Below, piece by piece: positions 6,435 through 16,734 of a stretch of 64,000 nucleotides of DNA (position 1 is its first letter; every line of letters begins with the position of its first letter). This DNA is from Candidatus Magasanikbacteria bacterium CG11_big_fil_rev_8_21_14_0_20_39_34 (lineage in GTDB: Bacteria > Patescibacteriota > Patescibacteriia > Magasanikbacterales > UBA922). The stretch is taken from the NCBI GenBank assembly GCA_002787355.1, contig PCWN01000008.1, forward strand, positions 69,873 through 133,872, in the 5' to 3' direction. Position numbers and translations under genes: made by a program. The notes under the pieces were generated by a model. That model saw nothing but the letters and a program-made list of their open reading frames with translations, was not told the origin of the DNA and did not search any database.

Positions 6435-8867
6435 TTACTTTCTTATTTCCGCTTTACAGTTTTTCTCCAAAATATCTAAAACCTTTGCATGCTCTTTTTC
6501 CACTTCTTCACTGGTAAGAGTTTTTTCTTTTGAGCGATACACAATCTTGTATGCCATACTCTTGCTCCCCTGACCCACATGCTCACCGCTATAGACATCA
6601 AAAAGTTCAACAGATTCAATAAGATCACTTGCCTCCCCTATGAGTTTTACAACGGTATCATGTTCAATTTCCTTTTTGACCACAAAAGCAATGTCACGAG
6701 TAATACTTGGGAATTCTGGAATAGGCATATAGTGTATACTGTCTCCTGCTTTTGCGACAATCTTGTCAAGGACAAGCTCTGCAATACAGACACGGTAATC
6801 AATATCAAGTCGTTTGAGTGCAATCGGATGGAACTCTGTAATAATACCTACCTGCTCTCCATCAAGGAGAATTTGTGCACATCTTCCATTGTGTACATAA
6901 TCAACGGGCAAAGAAAATTTTTCGATGGTAAATTCATCCACTCCAATACTTTTGAGTACCTCTCTTGCTGCATCTGCTACCATAAAAAATGGGGTATTTT
7001 CCTTCTTGCTAGCGTACGCAATTCCCAAAAATGTATCCTGACGTGGTAATAAATCTGAAGAGTTGGGATGGATTCTTTCACCTGGATCTTCATGGTGGAA
7101 TACCTTTCCAATTTCAAAAAGTTTTACCGTATCAACGCGGTGTAAATTTCCAGCCACATTGGCAAGTAGATTGGGATACAAATGTCTTCGGACCAGTGGC
7201 CGATCTTTTGCAACCGGATTTTCCAGACGGATATATTCCAAGAGATCTTCACCAATTCGTTCAAGCCACTCTGGCGCCTCAAAAGAATAATTATATGTCT
7301 CGGTAAACCCATTTTCATATGCCAGGACACGACGCGCAATCCTTTGTGCTACTTTGTGTGGACACTTTACTGCAGGCGCTCCACTATAGTTGGGAAGAAT
7401 CGCATCAATATTGCCATAACCATACATACGGGCGATTTCTTCAATCAAATCATCAGCAATAGAAACATCTTTGGTTGCGCGCCAAGTTGGAATGATAACA
7501 TGGAGCACATCCTTTTTTGTTTTAACCTCAAAGCCAAGCCGTTCGAGAATATCTGTTGCTTGTTTTTCAGAAATTTCAACGCCCATTTTCTTTTGAAGAA
7601 ATGAAAGAGAAAGCTCCACAGGACCTTGATGAAGTTGAAAACTCTTTGCATCGGCAACATTACTGACCACCTTTGCATTAGGACACAATGTATGGATCAT
7701 CTCCACAGCTTTTCTCAAAGCAAGTTCACAATTGTTTGGATCCAGTGCTTTTTCAAAACGAGCAGATGAGTCACTTCGCACACCAAGACGCATTGAACTT
7801 CGACGAATATTGGTAGCTGCAAAATTTGCAGCTTCAAGAATAATAGAAGTCGTCTCCTCCATTACACTGCTATTTTGACCTCCCATAATTCCGGCAAGCG
7901 CGATTGGCTCATTACTGTCTGCAATAACCAAGTTTTCTTTTCCTAAAATGTGTTTATTCCCATCGAGTGTTTCAATTTCTTCATCTTCTTCTGCCATTCT
8001 CACAATAATTTCAACTTTTCCATCTTGAGTACTTCCCAGCTGTTCCGTATCAAAAGCATGTATAGGCTGGCCCAAGTCATACATAACATAGTTGGTCACG
8101 TCCACGATGTTATTAATAGGGCGAAGTCCTACTGCAATAAGTCGTGCCTGAAGCCATGCGGGTGAGGGTTCAATCGTAATACCACTCATAACCACCCCCA
8201 TATACCGACTACAATACTCCGGTTTTTGGATATCAACCTCAAGTCGAATATCCTTCCCTTCTCTTATGGCAGGAGGATCATACTTTTCAAGCTTCTTTCG
8301 ATAAATTGCTGAAAGCTCTCGCGCCATTCCATAGTGCCCCCATAAATCAGGACGATGCGTCATGGACTTGTTATCGATATCAATGATCACATCGTCAAGT
8401 CCCAAAGCCTGTGTCACGGGTGTTCCAAGCTTTACCTCTTTATCAAATTCAGGGGCCTCGAGCGGTTCATCTTCGCTACGCAAACCGAGTTCTTGGTAAA
8501 GACATAACATTCCTTCTGAAACCTGTCCTGCAATTTTGATTTTGTGAATTTCTTTTCCTTGCAATATCGTAGGCGCGAGCGCGACAGCAGTTCTTCTGCC
8601 AACATGCATTTCTGCTAACGTACCAAATAAAATCTGACGCGGCTTTTCTTCTCCAACATCCACTTGGGCAATACTCAGCTTTGTTGATTCTGGATGCTTT
8701 TCAATGCTGAGAATTTTTCCAACCACTACCCCATCGAGCCCCTCTGATTGCTTTTTGACTTCTTCCACTTCAACCGTATGAATGGTTAAATCATTTGCAA
8801 GATCAGCTGAATCGAGTGAATCAGGTAAAAAAACATAATCTTGTAGCCATTTTCTTGAAACCAACAT
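6435..8867 (-). CDS. pheT: phenylalanine--tRNA ligase beta subunit
   Basis: 810-aa protein with the canonical PheT N-terminus (MLVSRKWLQDYV), a tRNA-binding domain, B3/B4, B5 and an FDX-ACB C-terminal domain. Confidence 0.95.
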   Translation of the reverse strand: MLVSRKWLQDYVFLPDSLDSADLANDLTIHTVEVEEVKKQSEGLDGVVVGKILSIEKHPESTKLSIAQVDVGEEKPRQILFGTLAEMHVGRRTAVALAPTILQGKEIHKIKIAGQVSEGMLCLYQELGLRSEDEPLEAPEFDKEVKLGTPVTQALGLDDVIIDIDNKSMTHRPDLWGHYGMARELSAIYRKKLEKYDPPAIREGKDIRLEVDIQKPEYCSRYMGVVMSGITIEPSPAWLQARLIAVGLRPINNIVDVTNYVMYDLGQPIHAFDTEQLGSTQDGKVEIIVRMAEEDEEIETLDGNKHILGKENLVIADSNEPIALAGIMGGQNSSVMEETTSIILEAANFAATNIRRSSMRLGVRSDSSARFEKALDPNNCELALRKAVEMIHTLCPNAKVVSNVADAKSFQLHQGPVELSLSFLQKKMGVEISEKQATDILERLGFEVKTKKDVLHVIIPTWRATKDVSIADDLIEEIARMYGYGNIDAILPNYSGAPAVKCPHKVAQRIARRVLAYENGFTETYNYSFEAPEWLERIGEDLLEYIRLENPVAKDRPLVRRHLYPNLLANVAGNLHRVDTVKLFEIGKVFHHEDPGERIHPNSSDLLPRQDTFLGIAYASKKENTPFFMVADAAREVLKSIGVDEFTIEKFSLPVDYVHNGRCAQILLDGEQVGIITEFHPIALKRLDIDYRVCIAELVLDKIVAKAGDSIHYMPIPEFPSITRDIAFVVKKEIEHDTVVKLIGEASDLIESVELFDVYSGEHVGQGSKSMAYKIVYRSKEKTLTSEEVEKEHAKVLDILEKNCKAEIRK

Positions 8868-8870
8868 ACT

Positions 8871-9926
8871 TTAAAATTGTTCTAAAAATCTTAGATCACC
8901 GGACATGAAATGTCTAATATCCTCAATACTATAACGCATCATAGCAAGCCGTGTCAGTCCCATTCCAAAAGCCAAGCCACTCCACTCATTTGGATCATAT
9001 CCACCTTCCTTCAAAACATTGGGATGCATTAATCCACAACCAAGCATCTCCACCCACCCTATGTTTTTACATACACGACATCCTTTTCCCATACAAAATA
9101 GACACTTCATATCCATTTCAAATCCTGGTTCTACGAATGGGAAGTATCCTGGTCTCAAACGCACTTCTACATCTCTGTTGTATAGCCCCTTGAGCAGTTG
9201 CTTGATAACAGCAACAAGATTGCCAATATTGATGGTTTTATCAACAACGAAAGCCTCAAACTGATGAAACGTATGCTCATGAGTAGCATCGAGCGCTTCA
9301 TTTCTGTACACCTTTCCTGGATAGGCAGCGCGAACGGCTTTGGTACCACCTTCGTTATATTTACGCATCAAACGTACCTGCATGTTTGAAACATGTGCAC
9401 GCATGCACCAGTCTTCATTTTCTAAAACATAAAACGTATCCATACTCTCACGTGCAGGATGATCATCCGGAAAGTTCAGTGCCCCAAACACATAATAATC
9501 GCTCTCAAGCTCAGGACCATCTTCAATAATAAATCCCATATTTGCCGCAACATCTTCCATCTTCTCTTGAGCGAGCGTAATTGGGTGCAAATGTCCTCTT
9601 TCTTTTTTGGGCAAAAGTGGTTGTGTTACATCAATGGCTTCACGTTCAGTGAGATTCGCCATTTCTTTCGCCTGAATTTCTTCTCTTTTACTTTCAAACA
9701 AACCTTCCAAATCTTTTTTGACTTCATTGGCTTTTTGCCCCATTTCTTTCTTCACATCATCGGTAAGCTGCCGGAGTCCTTTCATGATATTGGTAAACTC
9801 ACCAGATTTTCTGCTAAAAAATTTTTGCTCCAAATCAGAGAGTCCTGCAAAATCAGCAACTTCTTTGAGTTGCTTTTTGAATTCTTCTTGAATTTTTTTC
9901 AATTCGTCTTTCATTGTATGTACCAA
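8871..9926 (-). CDS. pheS: phenylalanine--tRNA ligase alpha subunit
   Basis: Class II aaRS core motifs (FPFVEPGFEMD, GWVEMLGCGLMHPNVL). Lies immediately upstream of pheT. Confidence 0.95.
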   Translation of the reverse strand: MVHTMKDELKKIQEEFKKQLKEVADFAGLSDLEQKFFSRKSGEFTNIMKGLRQLTDDVKKEMGQKANEVKKDLEGLFESKREEIQAKEMANLTEREAIDVTQPLLPKKERGHLHPITLAQEKMEDVAANMGFIIEDGPELESDYYVFGALNFPDDHPARESMDTFYVLENEDWCMRAHVSNMQVRLMRKYNEGGTKAVRAAYPGKVYRNEALDATHEHTFHQFEAFVVDKTINIGNLVAVIKQLLKGLYNRDVEVRLRPGYFPFVEPGFEMDMKCLFCMGKGCRVCKNIGWVEMLGCGLMHPNVLKEGGYDPNEWSGLAFGMGLTRLAMMRYSIEDIRHFMSGDLRFLEQF

Positions 9927-9941
9927 ATTAGTTCTTTTCTT

Positions 9942-11117
9942 TTAAAAAAGCCCTATGATATCTCTTGCAGATACAACCACAATGAGTATCATAAGAAGGA
10001 CAAACCCGATAGTATGAGCAAGCTGTTCATACTTCATAGGGACAGGACGGCCAGAAACCTTCTCTATAACCACAAATAGGGCTCTTCCTCCGTCTAATGC
10101 TGGTATGGGAAGAATGTTAATAACAGCCAAGGACAATGATATCATGGCTGTGATATTAAGCAAGTAATTTATCCCAAGCTTAGCGGATTCCCCTACCAAT
10201 ACAGCAATCCCAACTGGTCCTGAAACATCAAACAAAAGCCCCTGCCCCGTTATAATTCCCTTTAATAAGAAGAAAAATCCAATCAGGATATTGATAAACC
10301 CAAGAGCAGCCGCCCAAAAACCCTTGTAGACGCTTATATACCAAGGAAAACGTACCATAGCAGCATCCGCTAGGTATACTCCAAGATGTGGTTCCGTAGT
10401 CTCCCCTACTATCTGAGGCTTTACAGTAAGCTTCTTTACTTCCCCAGCTCGGTTATAAACCAAATCTATATCTTGTTCACCTTTGGTATTCACATATTCA
10501 ATAACATTTTTTATACTACTCGCTTCAGTTCCATCCATTGAGAGGATTTTATCACCCATCTTGAGCCCAGCGTGTTCTGCTGCAGAGTCTTTTTCTACCT
10601 GTTGGATAACAACATGTTGCTCTCCTACAAGCTCTGCTCCTTTAGGAATACCATCGGAGATATCCATTGGAAGCCCTATCATAAAACCAATCCCCAAAAC
10701 TACCGCTGCAAAAATAAAATTCATAGTCACACCAGCAACTAAAACCACCAACTTTTTCCAAGTCTTTTGGTATCCAAAACTATCCGGTTCACTCTCAAGC
10801 TCACCATTTTCTCCTTTGATTTTACAATATCCTCCCAGCGGAAGCAGGTTTAATGAGTAAAGCGTGGCAGGATATTCTTCTTCAAATGCTTCCCCACCCC
10901 CAACTTTTGCCAATTTATCTTTGGACTTACTTCCCCTTTTTACCCAAACAATTTTCCCAGATTTTGGATCTTTGTAAAATCCTATGAGCAGTGGTGGAAA
11001 ACCCAATGCAAATTCATAAACTTTCATCCCAGACTTTCGGGCAGCCAAAAAATGCCCAAATTCATGCACGAATACGAGAATTCCCAATACAATAATAAAA
11101 ACAACAAGTGTACCCAT
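9942..11117 (-). CDS. rseP: RIP (site-2) zinc metalloprotease RseP with PDZ domain
   Basis: HEFGHFLAARKSGMKV is the HExxH motif in the first TM segment. PDZ-like central region. C-terminal LDGG motif (ILPIPALDGG). The start was chosen at MGTLVVF (CAT 11115-11117). Confidence 0.85.
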   Translation of the reverse strand: MGTLVVFIIVLGILVFVHEFGHFLAARKSGMKVYEFALGFPPLLIGFYKDPKSGKIVWVKRGSKSKDKLAKVGGGEAFEEEYPATLYSLNLLPLGGYCKIKGENGELESEPDSFGYQKTWKKLVVLVAGVTMNFIFAAVVLGIGFMIGLPMDISDGIPKGAELVGEQHVVIQQVEKDSAAEHAGLKMGDKILSMDGTEASSIKNVIEYVNTKGEQDIDLVYNRAGEVKKLTVKPQIVGETTEPHLGVYLADAAMVRFPWYISVYKGFWAAALGFINILIGFFFLLKGIITGQGLLFDVSGPVGIAVLVGESAKLGINYLLNITAMISLSLAVINILPIPALDGGRALFVVIEKVSGRPVPMKYEQLAHTIGFVLLMILIVVVSARDIIGLF

Positions 11118-11265
11118 AATTTGACGACATACAAGTAAAATTGGTATTATTATGACACAAAGACACCTTGATTGCAAATGCTTGAAGGGGGTCCGTAGTT
11201 TATCTAATTTAGCTTATTTTTCAAAATTCTGTCACAGAAAAATAAGAAAATTTTAATATATTTTT

Positions 11266-11832
11266 ATGTCAACAGTTGGATATATTATTCTTGCCATAGT
11301 TGTAGTGCTCATTCTCTGGCTCATTGGTGCATTTAACAAATTTGTAAAAATGCGAAACCGTACGGACGAATCATGGAGTGATATTGACGTACAACTCAAA
11401 CGCCGACATGACCTTATCCCAAACCTGATCAATTCAGTAAAGGGATACATGAAACATGAACGCGAATTGTTGGAAAATATTACCAAGGCCCGTGCACAGG
11501 CAATGCAGGCACAAGAAGCTGGAGACACCAAAGCCATGGCGTCAGCAGAAGGAAGCCTTGGTGGAATGCTTGGAAAACTTCAAATTGCAGTAGAAGCATA
11601 CCCAGATCTCAAAGCAAACCAGAATGTTGCCCAACTTATGGATGAGCTTTCAGATACTGAAAACAAAATTCAAGCATCACGTCGCTTTTACAATGGTATG
11701 GTACGTGACTTCAATACAGGAATCCAACAGTTCCCAAGTAATCTCATTGCTGGAGTATTTGGATTCAAAAAGTATGATTTCTTTGAAATAGAAGATGAGC
11801 AAGAACGAAAGAACGTTGAAGTAAAACTTTAA
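11266..11832 (+). CDS. lemA: LemA family protein
   Basis: N-terminal TM helix plus a conserved LemA core (NKFVKMRNRTDESWSDIDVQLKRRHDLIPNL). Paired with htpX as in many bacteria. Confidence 0.85.
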   Translation: MSTVGYIILAIVVVLILWLIGAFNKFVKMRNRTDESWSDIDVQLKRRHDLIPNLINSVKGYMKHERELLENITKARAQAMQAQEAGDTKAMASAEGSLGGMLGKLQIAVEAYPDLKANQNVAQLMDELSDTENKIQASRRFYNGMVRDFNTGIQQFPSNLIAGVFGFKKYDFFEIEDEQERKNVEVKL

Positions 11833-11911
11833 GTATCTCCCAAAAAAAAATAAAAATCTTTGCCTTTGAAATAGGAAAAGACTTTTTTTCCTGTCAGAAA
11901 TGTAAGAAAGT

Positions 11912-12790
11912 ATGTATAACCAAATAGATGCCAACAAACGAAAAACACGTCTCTTGATTGCTATTTTTTGTGCTTTTGTTATTGGAGTTGGATATCTTTT
12001 CAACTTCTACGGCGGAATGGGTACACAAGCAGTTGTTATTGCCATTCTCATTTCTTTTTTTATGAGTTGGTTTTCCTACTATCATTCCGATACAATCGCA
12101 CTTCGCACCAGTGGGGCACGAGAGATTACCAAAGAAGAAAATCCTTATGTCTATAGAATGGTTGAAAATCTTTGTATTACCGCCGGACTACCTATCCCAA
12201 AGGTACATATCATAGAATCAGATGCTCTCAATGCATTTGCAACAGGACGTGATCCGGAACACGCCTCTATTGCCATCACAACCGGTATTATTGCAGCACT
12301 TGAGAATGAAGAACTTGAGGGAGTTATTGCACATGAACTCTCCCATATTAAAAACTATGATATTCGTGTTATGACACTGGTGGTGGTCCTCGTTGGAGCG
12401 GTAGCACTCCTTGGAGATCTTGCATGGAGAGGGGGCCTTCTTGGTGGAAGACGCAGTGATAATAACCGATCCAACAACAATATTCTTGCCATTGTAGGAC
12501 TTGTCCTCATTATCCTCTCCCCCGTTATTGCAGAACTCATAAAATTTGCCGTATCAAGAAAACGAGAATATCTTGCCGATGCATCCGGTTCACTCCTTAC
12601 CCGATATCCTGAAGGACTTGCACGCGCACTCGAAAAAATTTCTCAATCAGATATTCCTTTTACGCGAGCAAATAAAGCAACAGCGCATCTCTTTATATCC
12701 AATCCATTCAAAGGAAAAAGTTTTCAAAAGCTTTTTTCTACACACCCTCCCATCGAAGATCGAGTCCAAAAACTTCGTTCAATGACATAG
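11912..12790 (+). CDS. htpX: M48 family zinc metalloprotease HtpX
   Basis: Four TM segments and HELSHIKNYD (HExxH), with a C-terminal region typical of HtpX. Confidence 0.85.
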   Translation: MYNQIDANKRKTRLLIAIFCAFVIGVGYLFNFYGGMGTQAVVIAILISFFMSWFSYYHSDTIALRTSGAREITKEENPYVYRMVENLCITAGLPIPKVHIIESDALNAFATGRDPEHASIAITTGIIAALENEELEGVIAHELSHIKNYDIRVMTLVVVLVGAVALLGDLAWRGGLLGGRRSDNNRSNNNILAIVGLVLIILSPVIAELIKFAVSRKREYLADASGSLLTRYPEGLARALEKISQSDIPFTRANKATAHLFISNPFKGKSFQKLFSTHPPIEDRVQKLRSMT

Positions 12791-12873
12791 TGTCTTTGAT
12801 ATTCTTAAAATTCTTTTGCTGATTCTTCAGACGATGAAGTATACTTTATTATTGTTTAGCACAATATATTTAT

Positions 12874-13344
12874 ATGGGACACATACATGAAAAAGTAGAC
12901 TTTACCTCCGAAGTGTTTGTATTCTTTGAAGATAAAGTTCTCTTGCGAAAACACGATAAGTATCATCTTTGGCTTGGAGCGGGTGGCCACATAGAACTCC
13001 ACGAAGATCCCAATCAAGCAGCCATTCGTGAAGTAAAGGAAGAAGTTGGATTAGATATCATACTGGTCAATCCAACACACACACCACTACTCTCTTTAGA
13101 GTATTCACAGGATCTTGTTCCTCCTTTTTTTATGAACCGACACAAGATTAACGATACGCACGAGCATGTTTGTCTTATATATGCAGGTATTACACATGAT
13201 GATACACTTACACTTTCTGAAACGGAAAAAAGTGAATCCTGTCAGTGGCTTACACGACAAGACGTTATAGAAAATACTGAAATTCAACCTCATATAAAAA
13301 AATATGTCCTCTACATGTTTGAGAAGCTATCACAGGCTCATTAG
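12874..13344 (+). CDS. NUDIX hydrolase
   Basis: Nudix box GGHIELHEDPNQAAIREVKEEVGL (GX5EX7REUXEEXGU). Confidence 0.8.
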   Translation: MGHIHEKVDFTSEVFVFFEDKVLLRKHDKYHLWLGAGGHIELHEDPNQAAIREVKEEVGLDIILVNPTHTPLLSLEYSQDLVPPFFMNRHKINDTHEHVCLIYAGITHDDTLTLSETEKSESCQWLTRQDVIENTEIQPHIKKYVLYMFEKLSQAH

Positions 13345-13383
13345 GACATCTTTTCATCCTGGTTTCCACATACAAAAACCGGT

Positions 13384-16300
13384 TTGAAACAAAAAAGGAT
13401 TCCTGTTACTATACTGATACTTCTCAAAACTATGGTGGACGAATACGCACAAAATCTTCTTCTGGATACCGATAGATCTCTCATTGAGATCTATATGGAT
13501 CTCCAAACCCATTTTGAAAAAAAATATGGGGAGAATACGGTCGTTCTTATTGAAATTGGCTCTTTTTTTGAGGTGTATGGAGTAGACAATGATACTGAAA
13601 AACTTGGAAAACCCAAAGAAATAGCAGAAATTTTAAACTTACAGCTCACCAGAAAAAACAAATCCATTGCACAAAACGATACCAAAAATCCTCTTCTGGC
13701 CGGATTTCCTGTTGCTACATTTGAGAGGTATATAAGCCGCCTCACACAAGAGAACAAATATACTATTGTTATCGTAAGACAGAAAGGAACTCCCCCACAT
13801 GTCTCACGATACATTGATAGAATCCTTTCACCAGGAATCAACTTCGATTATAATTTTGATCATAAGGATAATTTTTTAGTTTCCCTTTTAATTGAAAAAA
13901 GCAGCGATGTCTACTCCATTGGATATGCCGCCATTGATGTCACCACGGGAAAAACCTATCTTCAAGAACTTTACGGAAATAGAGAAGACAAAACCCTTGC
14001 ACTTGATGGAGTATTCCGTCTTCTCCAAGCAAATAGAACTTCAGAAATTCTCCTCACGAGGGCATCCGAAAATATAGATCTTCAAGCTGTTATTGAATAT
14101 TTAGAAATTTCTGAAAATAATATCAAGACTCCACAAAGAAGACTGGATAACGCATACCAAAATGAACTCTTCAAGAAAACATATATTATCAATACATTCC
14201 TTTCACCAGTAGAATTTTTAGATCTTGAAAAAAGCCCTCTAACCAGCGAAGCACTTGCCATTCTTCTTGAATTTATCATTGAACATGACTTTTCCATCAT
14301 TGAAAAATTGAAAAAACCTACACATCTCTCCAACAGTAACTATCTTTTTTTAGGAAACAACCCTTTGGAACAGCTCAATGTGATTAGTCGTGATGCCCAT
14401 GAGATGACACTCCTGAAACTTTTAGATCATACCACGACCAGTATTGGAAAACGCATGTTCCGCGAAAGACTTCTCAATCCTATTCTCCAAAAGGATGAGT
14501 TGGAACAAAGGTATGAACTCAGTGAGAGCTTCCGTGATATATATCCAAAAATTGAAAAAGAACTCCAGAGTGTTTATGATCTTGAACGTATTCTCCGAAG
14601 AATACATCTCAAAAGACTTCATCCTTTTGAAATCAACTTTTTGTATGATTCCCTTCTTGCAACTCATACTATTTATAACCATATAGAAAACACAAAAATT
14701 TCTGATTTATTGAGTTGTTCAACAAATGAAAAAAATAATCTACAAAATTTCATCCATATCCTGGAAAAGAATTTTGTATTTGAAAATTGTTCAAAAGTAA
14801 ATTTTCATCAAATTGAAGGATCACTTTTTCACGAAGGATATGATAAAGAATTAGATTTTCTCAACGAAGAAAAAAGAAAACGAGAAGAAAAAATGGAAGC
14901 CATTCGGGAAAAAATTCTTGAGGTTTTAGAAAAACAAACAGGTAAATATGAAGGCGACTTTGTAAGCATAAAACAGCTGGATAAAGAAGGTCACCATATT
15001 ACTCTTACCAAAAGTCGCTACGCCCTCATAGAAGAACCTCTCAAAGAAACATACCTTTCTTTGAATGGGAAAGTCTATGCTTTTTCTGATTTCAACCTAA
15101 AAATTCAAACCACAAATGTAAAAATGACCGCCCCAATTATTGATGAAATTTCTGAAGGTATTGTACTGCTCCAGACAAAGATAAATGCTCTCACGAAAGA
15201 ACTTTTTTTGAAAGAATTGGAAAAAATTTCTGAAACACACACAGAACTTTTAGAAAATATTATTGAGTTTCTGTCAAAAATTGATGTCGCCGTGAGTAAT
15301 ATTCGGGCTTCTATCAAGTTTCGTCTTACTCGACCGGAGATTTTAGACATAGAAGAAGATGAAACATTTTTAGAGATACAGGCACTTCGACATCCTCTTG
15401 TCCAAGAAAGAGAGGAAAACGGCATCTATGTACCCAATGATATTATCCTTGGAGAAAAGAAATATCAAAAACACCAATCTCTTTTGAGTGAGATATCTGA
15501 TTCAAATGTTTTTGGCGTTCTTCTTTATGGAATCAACTCAAGTGGGAAGTCATCCCTTATGAAAAGTATTGGAATTGCCATTTTACTTGCACAATCCGGT
15601 ATGTTTGTTCCAGCAGAATCCATGCGTTTTGGAATTTTTAGAGAAATTTTTACTCGAATTGTCTCTCGTGATAATTTTGAAAAAGGTCTTTCTTCGTTTG
15701 CTGTCGAAATCATGGAACTCAAAAACATATTTAATAGATGCACTCCCAAAAGCCTTATTTTAGGAGATGAAATTAGTCATGGAACGGAGACCCTTTCTGC
15801 AATATCTATTATATGTGCTACCATTTTAAAGCTCCTAGAAAAAAAATCTCTTTTCATTTTCACTACCCATTTGCACCAATTAGGCAATATTCAACACATA
15901 CAGAAACTTAATTCCGTTGTTTCTGTGCATCTTTCCGTAAATTACGACGAGAAAGAAGACAAACTTATATTTGATAGAACACTTCAAGCTGGAAGTGGAA
16001 GCAGCATATACGGGTTGGAATTTGCACAATCACTTCATATAGATCCCCTCTTTTTGCAAAAAGCCCTCCAACTCAGGAAAGAACTTGCCGGACAAGCCGA
16101 TGAGCTTCAACTTTTGACCCAACAAAAAACCAGTAAATACCATAAAAATCTTTTTATCACCTCCTGTGCCGTCTGCCAAAATCCCGTTGACGAGACCCAT
16201 CACATAAAACCACAAAAACTTTCTGATAAAGACGGAAATATAGAACATTTTCATAAAGATCATAAATATAATCTCCTCCCATTATGTGAAGGTTGCCATA

Positions 16301-16389
16301 ATAGAGCTCATAATGGTAGACTTATTATTAAAGGATTTATCATGACAAGCAATGGACTTGAGCTACAGTTTGAGGAAGTAAAATCCTGA
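13384..16389 (+). CDS. mutS: MutS-family DNA mismatch repair protein with C-terminal HNH endonuclease domain (MutS7-like architecture)
   Basis: N-terminal mismatch-binding domain with GSFFEVYG (cf. GDFYELF) and …PLLAGFPVATFERYISRL…IVRQKG…RILSPG. ABC ATPase with Walker A GINSSGKSSLMKS, signature SSFAVEIME and DEISHGTET. The C-terminus CAVCQNPVDETHHIKPQ…NLLPLCEGCHNRAHNG is an HNH motif. The start may be 13432 (MVDEY). Confidence 0.8.
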   Translation: MKQKRIPVTILILLKTMVDEYAQNLLLDTDRSLIEIYMDLQTHFEKKYGENTVVLIEIGSFFEVYGVDNDTEKLGKPKEIAEILNLQLTRKNKSIAQNDTKNPLLAGFPVATFERYISRLTQENKYTIVIVRQKGTPPHVSRYIDRILSPGINFDYNFDHKDNFLVSLLIEKSSDVYSIGYAAIDVTTGKTYLQELYGNREDKTLALDGVFRLLQANRTSEILLTRASENIDLQAVIEYLEISENNIKTPQRRLDNAYQNELFKKTYIINTFLSPVEFLDLEKSPLTSEALAILLEFIIEHDFSIIEKLKKPTHLSNSNYLFLGNNPLEQLNVISRDAHEMTLLKLLDHTTTSIGKRMFRERLLNPILQKDELEQRYELSESFRDIYPKIEKELQSVYDLERILRRIHLKRLHPFEINFLYDSLLATHTIYNHIENTKISDLLSCSTNEKNNLQNFIHILEKNFVFENCSKVNFHQIEGSLFHEGYDKELDFLNEEKRKREEKMEAIREKILEVLEKQTGKYEGDFVSIKQLDKEGHHITLTKSRYALIEEPLKETYLSLNGKVYAFSDFNLKIQTTNVKMTAPIIDEISEGIVLLQTKINALTKELFLKELEKISETHTELLENIIEFLSKIDVAVSNIRASIKFRLTRPEILDIEEDETFLEIQALRHPLVQEREENGIYVPNDIILGEKKYQKHQSLLSEISDSNVFGVLLYGINSSGKSSLMKSIGIAILLAQSGMFVPAESMRFGIFREIFTRIVSRDNFEKGLSSFAVEIMELKNIFNRCTPKSLILGDEISHGTETLSAISIICATILKLLEKKSLFIFTTHLHQLGNIQHIQKLNSVVSVHLSVNYDEKEDKLIFDRTLQAGSGSSIYGLEFAQSLHIDPLFLQKALQLRKELAGQADELQLLTQQKTSKYHKNLFITSCAVCQNPVDETHHIKPQKLSDKDGNIEHFHKDHKYNLLPLCEGCHNRAHNGRLIIKGFIMTSNGLELQFEEVKS

Positions 16390-16404
16390 CATCAAACCTC
16401 CTTA

Positions 16405-16734
16405 TTGGTATACCAAAAAAGGCACTCTCCCAATGTAAAGTCTATGAAAAAAAGTTCTCTTCAAAAATACTGGAAAATATTTATCCATACTTATGTATTT
16501 TTTTTAGTACTCTTCTTTTTCTATAACTTAGTTACAGACTCCGGAGCGATACATTGGATTTATGCATTTCAACAAAAACATTTTCATGTAATTTCTATCA
16601 AAATAACCATTACCTTTGCACTTTTCAGTTATATACTCATACCGATCCTTCCATTTATACTCATTAGATTTTTTTTAGAAAAAAAATTTGATGTCTATCT
16701 TGGTCCTAAAAAGAAAGTATATGCAACCAAATAA
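16405..16734 (+). CDS. hypothetical small membrane protein
   Basis: Two predicted hydrophobic helices. Overlaps the cfa start by 14 nt. No recognisable domain. Confidence 0.35.
   Translation: MVYQKRHSPNVKSMKKSSLQKYWKIFIHTYVFFLVLFFFYNLVTDSGAIHWIYAFQQKHFHVISIKITITFALFSYILIPILPFILIRFFLEKKFDVYLGPKKKVYATK

Noticed and set aside
6579-8165. Several 70-156-aa ORFs antisense to or out of frame with pheT. Similar ORFs lie inside dnaK, topA, rel, mutS and guaB.
   Set aside because: They are shadow ORFs within strongly supported conserved genes.
13345-13432. Whether mutS-HNH starts at 13384 (MKQKR…) or 13432 (MVDEY…)
   Set aside because: I cannot resolve this without ribosome-binding-site or homology scoring. 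I kept the longer ORF and noted the alternative.
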